33,993 nt of DNA from a virus (Duplodnaviria > Caudoviricetes), in the IMG/VR virus record IMGVR_UViG_3300030330_004441, positions 1-33,993 of that record, one strand, 5' to 3'. The notes beneath the pieces were generated by a model. That model worked only from the letters and a program-made list of their open reading frames with translations, ran no database searches and had not been told where the DNA came from. Each line of letters starts with the position of its first letter. Positions within the stretch are counted from its first letter, which is position 1. This document shows, piece by piece, positions 17,863 through 26,440 of the stretch. The translations under genes were made by a program, and so were the position numbers.

Positions 17863-20800
17863 ATGTCTGATAAGAAGTTCAAGTTTATATCCCCAGGCGT
17901 TTTTATCGATGAGATCGATAATTCACAGTTACCAAGAGAATCAGTCCCAGTAGGACCTATGATTATAGGTCGTGCAAGGAAGGGACCCGGAATGAAACCA
18001 ATTTCGGTTAGCTCTTTTTCAGAGTTTGTCAGTATTTTTGGTGAGCCCGTCGCAGGCGGCGCAGGAGAGGATGTTTGGAGAGACGGTAATTTAACTGCCC
18101 CAACATACGCTGCATATGCCGCCCAGGCTTGGTTAAAGAATAGCCCAACAGTTAACTTTGTCCGTCTTTTAGGAGAGCAACATCCAGACGTAGCTGATGG
18201 TGCGACAGGTGCGGGTGGTTACAAGGTTGGTGCTATTTCTAATAACGCAGCCGGCGCAGGCAAAGGCGGCGCTTTTGGACTATTTGTTTTCCCATCTGGC
18301 ACAGCAGGATTTCATGCTACAGATAGACACCTTTCTGGCACTCTGGCTGCCGTTTTCTATGTAGCGACTGGTTCACTAAATCTTTCTGGCTCTCACGTTG
18401 GAAATGCCGGTGACTCAACACCAGCGGGTTGTCGTATGATGTTGTCACAAGACAACGGTGACTTTGTTATTACTTACGGGGGTGGAACTACCGACCCCGC
18501 TGCGGAAGCTACTAACGAAAAGTTCCGCTTTAACTTTGATCGCACAAGCGATAAGTTTATTCGTAAAGTATTCAACACCAACCCAACCTTATTGAACGCT
18601 GCGACTAACGCAAGTTCAGCCAAAAAGGACTTTTTCTTGGGGGAAACCTACGAACACAACCTGCCTGGCGGGTCAGACAACTTTTTGTTTAAAAATGCGG
18701 TAGAATACACTGGCAATCAAAAAATGGGCATATTGTTGCCGATGCAAAATAATGCCGGCGTAGATACAGAGCATAACGATAGAAAATATTCTGCAAAGAA
18801 AGCCACAACTGGCTGGTTTATTGCACAGGATCTATCGGACACCAACAGCACTTACAAGCCAGAATCACAGCAGAAATTGTTTAGAATTGAGGCTCGGGAT
18901 GCTGGCGAACAAGTGCAAAGGGATATTAAAATCTCTATTACTGATATCAAAGCTGCGACCAATGACTTTGATCCTTATGGCACCTTTACAGTTTTAGTTA
19001 GAAAGCTTAATGATACAGATGCAACTCCGGTTGTTTTAGAAAGATACAGTAATTGCAATTTGAACCCCGCTTCTCCAAACTACATTGCCCGCCAAATTGG
19101 CGATAAGTTTTCTGAATACGACAGTGTAGAGAAGAGACTCCGCTTCTATGGCAATTACCTTAATAAATCTGATGTTATTCGTGTTGTTATGAATGAAGAT
19201 GTTGACCGTGGCTCTACTGATGCTGCCTTGTTGCCTTTTGGTTTCTTCGGACACCTAAAATACAGAGATGTTTGCATTCGCATTGAACAAGATGCGTTAA
19301 ATGTTTTTGGTGACATTGCAACAAACCCCGACGAGAACAATGGCGCATTCTCAATGGTTGACGGTGGCGGGCCAACAACCTTCCACTCTTTCGTTGGACA
19401 CGACGGTGCCGATGCAAAATTGGTTATGCCAGATGGGCAACACCATTTGAACATTCGCTTCCCAGAGATTCCTTTAGTGGTAAGCTCTTCTCAGGGTTCA
19501 GGACTTGCTCCTAACAAGGCATACTTTGGTATGTACACAGGAAAAACAAGTTCAGATCCTAAGTTTAACACAGCAGTGTTGGATGTTCTTCGCTCACTCG
19601 GGCGAGGGGCAGAATCAACTCTAGCACCAGAGGGGCATGTGGATGTGACGCAGGCTCACACCGCATTTGGTGGATCAGCCGGCAATACTGAAATCCTTCA
19701 AGCAACTGGTGTCGGCGCAAAACTTTTTGTTGTTCCTTATGTGTTCTCACTGGATGATATATCACCAGTTGATAAAGCACCAAAAGAAGCAACATATGCT
19801 CGTAATGCTCGCAAGAACGGCAACAGCTTTACCGCCGGTAGATCAGCCGCTGCAAGCACGGCTGATAATGTAGCTCCTGCTGATGCGGCTAATGCCAAAT
19901 TCCAAGCTGTTCTTGACGCTGGGTTTAACCGATTTACGACATGCCTCCATGGCGGATTTGACGGTCTTGATGTAACAGAACGAGAGCCTTTCCGTAACTC
20001 TGGCTTGGGAGCTAGTGAAACCGCTGATTATGCGCTTCACTCTTTGGTGAGAGCCATTGATGTTGTTCGTGACCCAGAGGTTGTAGAGTACAACATATTA
20101 ACAGTTCCAGGTGTTACCAATACAACAGTAACAAATAAAATGTTAGATGTATGTGAAGAACGAGGGGACGCTATAGCAATCATTGACCTTGAGAACGTGT
20201 ACACTGCATCAACCGAAAATGCAGACTCGTTAGCGACACGCAGCGCCGCAACAGTTGATAATGCCGTAGACGCCCTGAAGGATCGTGGTATTAACAGCAG
20301 CTATGGCGCAGCTTATTACCCATGGGTTCGCATTGTTGACACCATTACAAACCAAAGTTTGTGGGCACCACCAAGTATTGCTGCTTTGGGTGCATACTCT
20401 TTTACAGACAGAGCCAAAGCTCCTTGGTTTGCTCCCGCAGGTTTCCACAGAGGTGGGTTGACCGAAGGCGCAGGTGGCGTTCCAGTTCTTGATGTGTCCC
20501 GTCGCCTCAACTCTGCGGAACGTGACAAGCTTTATGAAGCAAATATTAACCCAATCGCACAATTTCCTGCTGAGGGTATTGTGATTTTTGGACAGAAGAC
20601 ACTCCAAGTCACGCCTTCTGCCCTTGATAGAGTTAATGTTCGTCGCCTCATGATTTTCTTGAAGAAGGAAATTAGTCGGATCGCTGGTCGGATGTTGTTT
20701 GACCAAAACCAGCAATCCACTTGGAACCGATTCAGAGGTCAAGCCGAGCCAATACTCCGAAGCGTGAAATCACGTTTTGGTTTGTCGGACTTCCGTTTGA

Positions 20801-20943
20801 TTCTTGATGAGTCTACAACAACCCCAGACTTGATTGACCGAAACATTATGTACGCTAAGATTCTCTTGAAGCCAACCCGCTCTGTTGAGTTCTTCGCTAT
20901 TGATTTCGTAATCACCAATACGGGGGCGTCTTTTGACGACTAA
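17863..20943 (+). CDS. gp18: contractile tail sheath protein (T4 gp18-like), 1026 aa
   Basis: FISPGVFIDEID N-terminus, KGP, FGEP, SSYGAAYYPWV, PWFAPAG..RG, LYEANINPI, FGQKTLQ, ALDRVNVRRL. Confidence 0.95.
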   Translation: MSDKKFKFISPGVFIDEIDNSQLPRESVPVGPMIIGRARKGPGMKPISVSSFSEFVSIFGEPVAGGAGEDVWRDGNLTAPTYAAYAAQAWLKNSPTVNFVRLLGEQHPDVADGATGAGGYKVGAISNNAAGAGKGGAFGLFVFPSGTAGFHATDRHLSGTLAAVFYVATGSLNLSGSHVGNAGDSTPAGCRMMLSQDNGDFVITYGGGTTDPAAEATNEKFRFNFDRTSDKFIRKVFNTNPTLLNAATNASSAKKDFFLGETYEHNLPGGSDNFLFKNAVEYTGNQKMGILLPMQNNAGVDTEHNDRKYSAKKATTGWFIAQDLSDTNSTYKPESQQKLFRIEARDAGEQVQRDIKISITDIKAATNDFDPYGTFTVLVRKLNDTDATPVVLERYSNCNLNPASPNYIARQIGDKFSEYDSVEKRLRFYGNYLNKSDVIRVVMNEDVDRGSTDAALLPFGFFGHLKYRDVCIRIEQDALNVFGDIATNPDENNGAFSMVDGGGPTTFHSFVGHDGADAKLVMPDGQHHLNIRFPEIPLVVSSSQGSGLAPNKAYFGMYTGKTSSDPKFNTAVLDVLRSLGRGAESTLAPEGHVDVTQAHTAFGGSAGNTEILQATGVGAKLFVVPYVFSLDDISPVDKAPKEATYARNARKNGNSFTAGRSAAASTADNVAPADAANAKFQAVLDAGFNRFTTCLHGGFDGLDVTEREPFRNSGLGASETADYALHSLVRAIDVVRDPEVVEYNILTVPGVTNTTVTNKMLDVCEERGDAIAIIDLENVYTASTENADSLATRSAATVDNAVDALKDRGINSSYGAAYYPWVRIVDTITNQSLWAPPSIAALGAYSFTDRAKAPWFAPAGFHRGGLTEGAGGVPVLDVSRRLNSAERDKLYEANINPIAQFPAEGIVIFGQKTLQVTPSALDRVNVRRLMIFLKKEISRIAGRMLFDQNQQSTWNRFRGQAEPILRSVKSRFGLSDFRLILDESTTTPDLIDRNIMYAKILLKPTRSVEFFAIDFVITNTGASFDD

Positions 20944-20956
20944 AGTTTTAATAAAC

Positions 20957-20964
20957 ACTACTTA
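20957..20964 (+). promoter_or_regulatory. putative late promoter motif ACTACTTA (tube)
   Basis: In the 42-nt sheath-tube gap, upstream of TAGGAG RBS. Confidence 0.55.
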
Positions 20965-20985
20965 TAATAGGAGAAAATAAAAAAG

Positions 20986-21540
20986 ATGGCAAATCAAGGT
21001 GAAGGCATTTTCTGGGGCGACGCAGCCTCTGACCCAAAAAGAGGGTATCGGTTCTTCCTTTATGTTGGTGGAATCCCAGTATGGGTTGTTAAGACTGTCA
21101 CTAAGCCAAGTGTAACAATTAACACAATTCAGCACACATATCTTAACCATACATTTAATTTCCCAGGACGGGTAGAATGGGACGGTGAAATTACAGCTAC
21201 GCTGGCTGATCCATTGGCTCCTGACTTGGCAAAAACTCTTATTGACACAGTTCGTGCTTCGGGTTATCAATACCCTGATCAGCCAGACTCTTTTGTTACA
21301 ACCAGTAAGGCTAAGGCATTAGCGGCTTTGGGTGGCGGCGTAGTTATCGCTCAGATTGACCCAGAAGGCAGAGCAGTAGAAGAGTGGACCCTTAAGAATG
21401 CTTGGATTAGCTCAGTTTCTTTTGGTGATACGCTTGACTACACCTCGGATGAGGCTACGGAATTGTCAGTAACCATCAAATATGACTGGGCGGAGATGAC
21501 TGTCTTCGGTGAACCAGTCGCTGGCATGGGTGGCAACTAA
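20986..21540 (+). CDS. gp19: tail tube protein (T4 gp19-like)
   Basis: DPKRGYRF, FPGRVEW, VEEWTLKNAWISSVSFG.LDY...LSVTIKYDWA; follows sheath. Confidence 0.9.
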   Translation: MANQGEGIFWGDAASDPKRGYRFFLYVGGIPVWVVKTVTKPSVTINTIQHTYLNHTFNFPGRVEWDGEITATLADPLAPDLAKTLIDTVRASGYQYPDQPDSFVTTSKAKALAALGGGVVIAQIDPEGRAVEEWTLKNAWISSVSFGDTLDYTSDEATELSVTIKYDWAEMTVFGEPVAGMGGN

Positions 21541-21546
21541 AAAAGC

Positions 21547-21575
21547 TTAACAAAGCTAAAAAGATAGGCTATAGT
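21547..21575 (+). promoter_or_regulatory. sigma70-like promoter TTAACA-17-TATAGT
   Basis: -35 at 21547-21552, -10 at 21570-21575, in the gap before ATG 21605. Confidence 0.45.
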
Positions 21576-21604
21576 TAATAAAACGTAGCTGAAAGGTTTT
21601 TAAT

Positions 21605-22471
21605 ATGGCTAGGAATAGCAATCGAACTAATCAAAATCCAATGGAACAGCGGAGCGAGCCAATACAGGCAGACTCCGCTGCTCCAATTGCATCTGGGGCA
21701 GGAATGTCTTGGTCAACCCCTACAGAATTTGTGGAGTTACCCTCTCAAGGGAAGTTTTACCCAGAGGGACACCCTCTTCACAACCAAGAGACGGTAGAGA
21801 TTCGTTTTATGACGGCAAAAGAGGAGGACATCCTCACTTCAAAATCGCTACTCAAAAAAGGAATTGTTTTAAACAGACTCATTGATAGTGTTTTGGTCAA
21901 TAAGCGTCTTAAATCAAAAGATATGTTAATCGGCGACAAGAACGCTGTCCTTATCGCTACAAGAGTTACAGGCTATGGCGAAGAATATAATGCCAAAATC
22001 ACTTGCCCAAACTGCCGTAATGTAGAGGATACCTCATTCAACATAGAAGAGGTTAAGAGAGTAGTAGAACCCGAGGATATTGAGGGAGTCACGTTTACAA
22101 CTCCTAATATCTTTTCTGTTACTGTCCCTGCATCAAAGGCAGTTGTTGAATGTAGGTTACTGACGGGCGAAGACGAACAAAAGTTGATGAGACAGGAAGA
22201 ACAGCGCCGTAAACACAAGCTACCCTCAGCTACACTAACAAACCAATTACGACAAACTATAGTATCTGTAAATGGAATTTCTGAACCAGGCAATGTCAAC
22301 GGTTTTGTAGATAATATGCCAGCAAGAGACTCTCGTTTTCTGAGAGACGTTTATCAGAGGATTATGCCTAATGTTATTTTAGAACATGCCTTTGAGTGTG
22401 GTTCTTGTGATTATGTCAATGCGGCCCAGGCGGTGCCGCTTGGAACTAACTTTTTTTGGCCTGACTCCTGA
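21605..22471 (+). CDS. tail/baseplate hub assembly chaperone (T4 gp26-like), Zn-binding
   Basis: VELPSQGKFY, IRFMTAKEEDIL, CPNC and CGSC, ends NFFWPDS; between tube and tape measure. Confidence 0.75.
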   Translation: MARNSNRTNQNPMEQRSEPIQADSAAPIASGAGMSWSTPTEFVELPSQGKFYPEGHPLHNQETVEIRFMTAKEEDILTSKSLLKKGIVLNRLIDSVLVNKRLKSKDMLIGDKNAVLIATRVTGYGEEYNAKITCPNCRNVEDTSFNIEEVKRVVEPEDIEGVTFTTPNIFSVTVPASKAVVECRLLTGEDEQKLMRQEEQRRKHKLPSATLTNQLRQTIVSVNGISEPGNVNGFVDNMPARDSRFLRDVYQRIMPNVILEHAFECGSCDYVNAAQAVPLGTNFFWPDS

Positions 22472-22673
22472 ATATATTAACCACGTTTACGAGCAGTTTT
22501 TCCAATTAAAATACTATGGCGGGTGGAGCTTCTTTGAAGCCTATAATTTGCCAGTTAAGCTCAGAAGGTGGTTCCTTAAAAAACTCGCAGACCAAATTAA
22601 GAAAGAGAATGAGCAACAGAAGACGGCTCAACAAAAAGCCAAGTCTAAATCTAGGTCAAAGAAAAAATATTGA
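22452..22673 (+). CDS. frameshift-accessed C-terminal extension of the tail chaperone (gpGT-like)
   Basis: FFGLTPEY...FFQLKYYGGWSFFEAYNLPVKLRRWF resembles gpT-like chaperone tails; entered at the T7 run 22451-22457; no convincing RBS for ATG 22386. Confidence 0.7.
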   Translation, partial: FFGLTPEYINHVYEQFFQLKYYGGWSFFEAYNLPVKLRRWFLKKLADQIKKENEQQKTAQQKAKSKSRSKKKY

Positions 22674-22674
22674 T

Positions 22675-22699
22675 AAGGGGGCAAAGCTCCCTTTTCTTT
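22675..22699 (+). terminator. rho-independent terminator
   Basis: AAGGGGGC-AAA-GCTCCCTT followed by TTCTTT, directly after stop 22673. Confidence 0.7.
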
Positions 22700-22715
22700 A
22701 TATTTAGCTTACCCG

Positions 22716-22723
22716 ACTATTTA
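22716..22723 (+). promoter_or_regulatory. putative late promoter motif ACTATTTA (tape measure/baseplate operon)
   Basis: Directly after the terminator, upstream of GGAGG and ATG 22756. Confidence 0.62.
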
Positions 22724-22755
22724 ATTAAGAATGGTGTAATACCGGAGGATATAAG

Positions 22756-23085
22756 ATGGCTAAACAAGATTTTGACAATTTTGTATTTGACTTTAACTCG
22801 TTAGAAGACGAGACTCTAAATGAGAGTATGATGAACGTATTTGGCGCTTGGATTCAATATCTTTTAGAGAAAATGTTCAAGGGCGCAAAGATCCCAGTAA
22901 GAGTAAGGGGCGATAAAATTCAAGTAATGAGATTTACTAATGCTCTCGTCCACGAGAAAAGATATATGAATGCCATTAAGAAGTATGGTTTAGATAATCC
23001 AATGACATATAAATCTAGACTTAGACTAGATAAGGCTATTCAAAAGTTTGAAAAGGAAGTTGGCATTAATTGGCCACTTAAGTAG
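22756..23085 (+). CDS. hypothetical protein upstream of tape measure
   Basis: 109 aa, GGAGG RBS; TLNE site near the N-terminus. Confidence 0.65.
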   Translation: MAKQDFDNFVFDFNSLEDETLNESMMNVFGAWIQYLLEKMFKGAKIPVRVRGDKIQVMRFTNALVHEKRYMNAIKKYGLDNPMTYKSRLRLDKAIQKFEKEVGINWPLK

Positions 23086-23096
23086 GCGACTAGCAG

Positions 23097-25259
23097 ATGG
23101 CTTACTACCCTAGAGTATTTTATGAAAACGGAGACGGCACTGATGGTGGCGGCTCTGATGCTGTTCGTAATGCCACGTTGGCTGCGGCTCAGAACACAGA
23201 TCAACTCAAAGAATTAGAACAAGCCTATTCGGATTTATTAGAGGCTGAACAAGCCGCCGCTGCTGCTCGTGCCGCCGGCAATGAGCAGCTTGCACAATCA
23301 ATTGAGGAGCAGAATAAAGCCAGCCGTGCTGGTCTCACTATTGGTGAGGATATGCTCGATAACCTCCGAGAGCGTATAGACAGAGAGAAGGAGCTTTTAG
23401 AAAACCAAGAACTCACACTCATGGTTGGTATGAAAATTGTCAATCAGGTAAAAGACCAAGTAGTCGCCTTAGATGAGCAAAGGAAAGTCCTAGGAACAAC
23501 AACGGGTCTGTTTGGGCAGTTTGATCAACAGTTGGCAAATTCAGTTGCTACCGCAGCAAGGTTTGGTAAAGGCGTTGCCGAAGTCGGTGCAACTATTGGT
23601 TCTTTGGCTAACGGCATGGTTAGCTTTACTCAAATGACGGAACAAAACCAAAAAACTCTTATAGATGGATCTCTGGCATTGCAACAGTTTGGCGTTAACG
23701 CTGAAACTTCAGCCAAAGCAAACGACCTTCTTATAGGTAGTTTAAACAGAACAGCCGAAGAAGCGATAGGATTCCAGAAAGACCTAATTGAGCTTGGTTC
23801 AGAGATAGGAGTCTCGGGCAGCAAGTTAGTGAGTCAATTTGGAGACAACGCTGAGACGTTAGCCAGGTTTGGCGACCGGGCTGAAGAGGTGTTTATGAAT
23901 CTTGCCAAGACCGCCAAGGCTACAGGCGTTGAAATGAATGAACTATTTGATCTTGCAAATAAGTTCAATACTTTTGACGGCGCAGCTAGTGCTGTCGGTA
24001 GACTAAACGCTCAGATGGGAACAAACCTTGATGCCATGACTTTGTTAACAGAAGAAGATCCAGAGAAGCAAGTGCTTATGCTTCGTGATGCTTTCCTTGC
24101 GACTGGTAAATCTCTTCAGAACATGACGAAGTTTGAAAAAATGGCCGCTGCTGAGGCAATGGGTATGGATCTTACTGTACTAGAGAAGTTCCTTGGACCA
24201 AAAGAGGAACAGACAGAGGCTGACAAGAACTTTGAAGAACTTACGAAAAAAACGCAGACGTTCACAGACAAAATATCAGCCCTCGGTAAACAATTCTTAA
24301 CTCTATTCACTCCCTTAATCTCTGGGCTTGTTGATGTGTTAGACTTCGTAGGTGAAGGGGTTAGCCTCATTAGCGAGTTCACACAAAAAGTAGCAGAGAA
24401 TAAAACTGCTGTCTATACTCTTGGCACCATCATGACGGTATTGCTTGGTCCATCAATAGCCTCAGCTATTAAACTGTTGGTAATGAAGTCAGCAGCGTTC
24501 GTATATGATACGGCAGTGATGACGTACAATGTGGTCGCTTCAAACTTATCTAGATACAGCACCATGGCTGGTACAGTTGCTACCGCCGCACGAACCGCAG
24601 CCACGACTGCCGCATCAGCAGCGACGACTCTTTTTAACTTGGTGCTTAATTCTAATTTGGTTGCTATGGTTGCATCCACTGCGGCTGTTGCTGCTGCAAC
24701 TGTCGGCTTGTTCGCCCTTGAGGCTGTAACATATGCCGTTGAGGGAGCAGTTATGCTTTTTAATGCTGCTCTGTATGCTAACCCGATTGGTCTGGTTGTT
24801 TTGGCAGTTGTCGGTCTAATCGGGGCTTTGTACCTGTTGTACGATAATATGGATGCAGTTGGAGAATTCTTTATTGGGATCTGGGATAGTATAACTGAGA
24901 AGGTACAGGCAGCTATTGATATTATGGCTGAAGCCGCTGATTTTCTGACTTTTGGTCTCTTTGATTTTGCTGGCGATGATGAAGGTGAGGACATTCCTGC
25001 CCTGGCGAACGGCACGCCAAACTTTGAAGGTGGCAGTGCCATCGTCGGCGAGAAAGGTCCGGAGTTAGTTAACTTGCCTCGTGGTGCTGAGGTTGTGCCT
25101 AATAATAAACTTACTAACGGACAAACTACCGCTGCCCCAGCAGCCGCTAGAAATGATAGACCAACAGTGGTAAAGCTGGTCCTTAATGAGAGAGAACTTG
25201 GACAAGCAGTGTTGGATGTTCTTGATGACAAAATGTCTTTGTTTTTAGGAATGGATTAG
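23097..25259 (+). CDS. tail tape measure protein
   Basis: 720 aa, helical Ala-rich, hydrophobic A/T/V stretch with ANPIGLVVLAVVGL, C-terminal LANGT...VGEKGPELV motif; downstream of tube and chaperone. Confidence 0.85.
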   Translation: MAYYPRVFYENGDGTDGGGSDAVRNATLAAAQNTDQLKELEQAYSDLLEAEQAAAAARAAGNEQLAQSIEEQNKASRAGLTIGEDMLDNLRERIDREKELLENQELTLMVGMKIVNQVKDQVVALDEQRKVLGTTTGLFGQFDQQLANSVATAARFGKGVAEVGATIGSLANGMVSFTQMTEQNQKTLIDGSLALQQFGVNAETSAKANDLLIGSLNRTAEEAIGFQKDLIELGSEIGVSGSKLVSQFGDNAETLARFGDRAEEVFMNLAKTAKATGVEMNELFDLANKFNTFDGAASAVGRLNAQMGTNLDAMTLLTEEDPEKQVLMLRDAFLATGKSLQNMTKFEKMAAAEAMGMDLTVLEKFLGPKEEQTEADKNFEELTKKTQTFTDKISALGKQFLTLFTPLISGLVDVLDFVGEGVSLISEFTQKVAENKTAVYTLGTIMTVLLGPSIASAIKLLVMKSAAFVYDTAVMTYNVVASNLSRYSTMAGTVATAARTAATTAASAATTLFNLVLNSNLVAMVASTAAVAAATVGLFALEAVTYAVEGAVMLFNAALYANPIGLVVLAVVGLIGALYLLYDNMDAVGEFFIGIWDSITEKVQAAIDIMAEAADFLTFGLFDFAGDDEGEDIPALANGTPNFEGGSAIVGEKGPELVNLPRGAEVVPNNKLTNGQTTAAPAAARNDRPTVVKLVLNERELGQAVLDVLDDKMSLFLGMD

Positions 25260-25272
25260 GAGATGTTATAAT

Positions 25273-26082
25273 ATGAAATTAAGAGATCCAAATGCCTTAT
25301 CAATTAATGATGATATCGCAGCAGAAACCATAGATTGGGAAAGTGAGGGTCCTACTAGTCAACAAAGAGAAGAGGCACTAAATCCTGAAAATGAAATACC
25401 CACAGATCCGGCTGTAGATAGCTTAAATCAACAAGGGTATCAGTTAGAAATAACCAGCGTTCACACTGGATTATCGGTGACTTTCCCAGCGTTTCTTACG
25501 CAGTTTGAAGATACTTTCTCATCAAGCTGGTCAACTGTTGAAGCGTATGGCAGAATGGATACAATGCCGGTTTATCAAAATACTCGTCGTTCAATTAATT
25601 TAGGGTGGGATGTCCCGTCTTTTAGTATTACGGAGGCAAAGAACAATTTTAGAAAACTTGCAATGCTAGAAAAATTCCTATACCCAGAATTTGACTCTGG
25701 CGACCTTGGTGCGACAACGATTAAAACAGCACCGCTATTCAGGATTAAATTCGCAAACTTAATAATGAACGCAGACAACGAAAAAGGTCTTTTAGGTTAT
25801 ATTAACGGTGGATTTTCAACTTCTCCCGATGTTGATCAAGGGTTTCATATGGACAAAGGTAAAATATACCCAAAATTGTTTTCGCTATCTGTTCAGTTTA
25901 CGGTCTTACATGAACATAGTCTTGGTTGGGAAAATGGCACTAAATTTAGAGGTGGCACTGCTGGTTTCCCATATGGGCAACAAGATCCAACAACTAATTT
26001 AGGAAAAACTTTGTCACAAGAGAAAAATGAGCAAGCACCAGATAATGTTCGTGAATCTAGGAACAATCTTATATTAGAATAG
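25273..26082 (+). CDS. baseplate tail-tube initiator (gp48/gp54-like)
   Basis: FPAFLTQFEDTFSSSW....YGRMD....YQNTRRSINLGW, LYPE, PLFRIKFANL tube-fold motifs; follows TMP. Confidence 0.65.
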   Translation: MKLRDPNALSINDDIAAETIDWESEGPTSQQREEALNPENEIPTDPAVDSLNQQGYQLEITSVHTGLSVTFPAFLTQFEDTFSSSWSTVEAYGRMDTMPVYQNTRRSINLGWDVPSFSITEAKNNFRKLAMLEKFLYPEFDSGDLGATTIKTAPLFRIKFANLIMNADNEKGLLGYINGGFSTSPDVDQGFHMDKGKIYPKLFSLSVQFTVLHEHSLGWENGTKFRGGTAGFPYGQQDPTTNLGKTLSQEKNEQAPDNVRESRNNLILE

Positions 26083-26097
26083 GCAGAGGTAAAAAAT

Positions 26098-26439
26098 ATG
26101 GCATCAAGACTTCAACTAAAAACGGGCTTCTTTAACGATGACCTTAATTACAAGAAAGAATTTTTCCAAGACAAGGGGGTTGAAGCAGTGTTTCAGTTTG
26201 AGACTGAAACACTTAGATATCCAACCCCAGAGGAAATTAGGTCTCTTAACATTGAAACAGAAATTTGGAAGCGTGGGTCAAAACTTTTTAAATTAGCCCA
26301 CAAGCACTATTCTGATTCTAGGATGTGGTGGGTTATTGCTTGGTTCAATCAGAAGCCAACAGACAGCCATTACACACGGGGCGACAAGGTTCTTATTCCA
26401 AAACCACTTGAACTAGTATTAATCACACTTAGGGTATAA
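26098..26439 (+). CDS. LysM-like baseplate wedge protein (gp53/tail X-like)
   Basis: GSKLFKLAHKHYSDSRMWWVIAWFN...GDKVLIP motif. Confidence 0.75.
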   Translation: MASRLQLKTGFFNDDLNYKKEFFQDKGVEAVFQFETETLRYPTPEEIRSLNIETEIWKRGSKLFKLAHKHYSDSRMWWVIAWFNQKPTDSHYTRGDKVLIPKPLELVLITLRV

Positions 26440-26440
26440 G

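Noticed and set aside
22386-22451. ATG 22386 as an independent start of the 95-aa ORF
   Set aside because: No RBS; the first ~22 residues overlap the Cys motif of the upstream gene; protein-like sequence starts at the T7 run
22516-22707. 63-aa ORF as a -1 frameshift target
   Set aside because: Runs through the terminator hairpin and lacks the aromatic chaperone-like pattern of the +1 frame
24413-25231. 272-aa minus-strand ORF
   Set aside because: Antisense shadow of the Ala/Thr/Val-rich tape measure; no motif or RBS
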